Shown in pieces: positions 1 through 555 of a stretch of 555 nucleotides of DNA. The position numbers and the translations under genes are program-made. Origin of the DNA: a phage. A model generated the notes under the pieces. The model was not told the DNA's origin and did no database searches. It saw nothing but the letters and a program-made list of their open reading frames with translations. Positions within the stretch are counted from its first letter, which is position 1; each line of letters begins with the position of its first letter. The stretch lies in the sequence record EF517115.1. One strand, written 5' to 3'.

Positions 1-99
1 TAGAGTGCATAAAGTATGCATAATGGTGTACCTAGAGTGACCTCTAAGAATGGTGATTATATTGTATTAGTATCACCTTAACTTAAGGATCAACATAAA

Positions 100-107
100 G
101 GGAGGAG
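100..107 (+). promoter_or_regulatory. Shine-Dalgarno ribosome-binding site for the downstream small ORF
   Basis: GGGAGGAG at 100-107, purine-rich and complementary to the 16S rRNA 3' end, with a 4-6 nt spacer (ACTC) before the ATG at 112-114. Confidence 0.75.
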
Positions 108-111
108 ACTC

Positions 112-261
112 ATGTTCCGCTTATTGTTAAACCTACTGCGGCATAGAGTCACCTACCGATTTCTTGTGGTACTTTGTGCTGCCCTTGAGTACGCATCTCT
201 TACTGGAGACCTCAGTTCACTGGAGTTTGTCGTTTGCTCTATACTCACTTGTAGCGATTAA
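112..261 (+). CDS. Small hypothetical protein, 49 aa, homolog of T7 gene 19.5 product (function unknown)
   Basis: ATG at 112 preceded by a strong SD; open frame to TAA at 259-261. Hand translation: MFRLLLNLLRHRVTYRFLVVLCAALEYASLTGDLSSLEFVVCSILTCSD. All three reverse frames across this interval contain stops, so there is no competing antisense ORF. Length, position just left of the terminal repeat and sequence match my recollection of T7 gp19.5. Not independently verified. Confidence 0.8.
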   Translation: MFRLLLNLLRHRVTYRFLVVLCAALEYASLTGDLSSLEFVVCSILTCSD

Positions 262-500
262 GGTCTTCCTGACCGACTGATGGCTCACCGAGGGATTCAG
301 CGGTATGATTGCATCACACCACTTCATCCCTATAGAGTCAAATCCTAAGGTATACCCATAAACAGCCTCTAATGGTCTATCCTAAGGTCTATACCTAAAG
401 ATAGGCCATTCTATCAGTGTCACCTAAAGAGGGTCTTAGAGAGGGCCTATGGAGTTCCTATAGGGTCCTTTAAAATATACCATAAAAATCTGAGTGACTA
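262..500. other. Non-coding right-end region between the last gene and the terminal repeat; candidate concatemer-processing/packaging region
   Basis: No ORF longer than about 22 codons and none with a convincing RBS. Contains the CCTAARG heptamers and a short tandem unit. In T7-like phages this region lies directly left of the right terminal repeat. Confidence 0.6.
344..429 (+). repeat. Dispersed heptamer repeats CCTAAGG / CCTAAAG flanking the terminal repeat
   Basis: CCTAAGG at 344-350 and 381-387; CCTAAAG at 394-400 and 423-429. Further copies lie inside the terminal repeat (CCTAAAG 517-523; variant CCTAAAA 541-547). About 0.03 copies of a given 7-mer are expected by chance in 555 bp. Confidence 0.7.
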
Positions 501-555
501 TCTCACAGTGTACGGACCTAAAGTTCCCCCATAGGGGGTACCTAAAACCCAGTCA
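501..555 (+). repeat. Start of the direct terminal repeat of a T7-like genome (partial; continues past the window)
   Basis: TCTCACAGTGTACGGACCTAAAGTTCCCCCATAGGGGGTACCTAAA matches, from memory, the first bases of the T7 genome (160-bp terminal repeat in T7). Only the first 55 bp fall in this window. Confidence 0.75.
523..541. other. GC-rich hairpin-capable inverted repeat inside the terminal repeat
   Basis: CCCCC (526-530) / GGGGG (534-538) around a 3-nt loop ATA; extendable by G523:C541 and T524:A540 with one T/T mismatch at 525/539. Confidence 0.4.

Noticed and set aside
16-81. 21-codon ORF on + strand (ATG 16, stop TAA 79-81; MHNGVPRVTSKNGDYIVLVSP)
   Set aside because: Very short, no Shine-Dalgarno upstream, and it lies in what is most simply the leader of the downstream gene.
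262-300. Possible transcription terminator after the small ORF (GGTC...GACC at 262-274)
   Set aside because: Only a 4-bp stem and no following T-run; not a credible intrinsic terminator.
325-345. T7-promoter-like core on the minus strand (GACTCTATAGGGA)
   Set aside because: Lacks two bases of the consensus core (GACTCACTATAGGGA) and has no match to the upstream -17 to -12 recognition region, so it is not called a promoter. No full TAATACGACTCACTATAG-type promoter is present in the window on either strand.
280-348. 22-codon ORF on + strand (MAHRGIQRYDCITPLHPYRVKS)
   Set aside because: No RBS upstream of the ATG, and it lies in the non-coding right-end region; most likely a chance ORF.
305-361. 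18-codon ORF on + strand with a weak GAGGG about 10 nt upstream
   Set aside because: Too short, with sub-optimal SD spacing; insufficient evidence for a gene.
505-511. CACAGTG heptamer resembling a V(D)J recombination signal heptamer
   Set aside because: Coincidental; this is the phage terminal-repeat sequence in a bacterial virus.
344-547. CRISPR array
   Set aside because: Repeats are only 7 bp, irregularly spaced, with no 25-40 bp repeat/spacer periodicity.
1-555. Novel defence, anti-defence or mobile-element system
   Set aside because: The only credible gene is the small gp19.5-like ORF, and the rest is non-coding terminal sequence of a T7-like phage; nothing in the sequence supports a new system. 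An anti-defence role for the small protein is possible only as speculation.

Overview
This window looks like the right end of a T7-group (Teseptimavirus-like) coliphage genome, not a novel system. Reading it by eye, it contains: (i) a 111-bp AT-rich leader ending in a strong Shine-Dalgarno site; (ii) one small + strand ORF (112-261, 49 codons) that I recognise from memory as the homolog of T7 gene 19.5, a protein of unknown function; (iii) a ~240-bp non-coding stretch with CCTAAGG/CCTAAAG heptamers; and (iv) from position 501, the sequence TCTCACAGTGTACGGACCTAAAGTTCCCCCATAGGGGGTACC, which I recall as the first bases of the T7 terminal repeat. So the window crosses the boundary between the unique right-end region and the terminal repeat (equivalently, a concatemer junction). 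From memory the sequence is near-identical to T7 but differs at roughly ten positions, including two apparent amino-acid changes in the small ORF; that comparison is unverified and needs an alignment. I see no tRNA, rRNA, CRISPR array, transposon end or defence-system gene. All coordinates and translations were done by hand.
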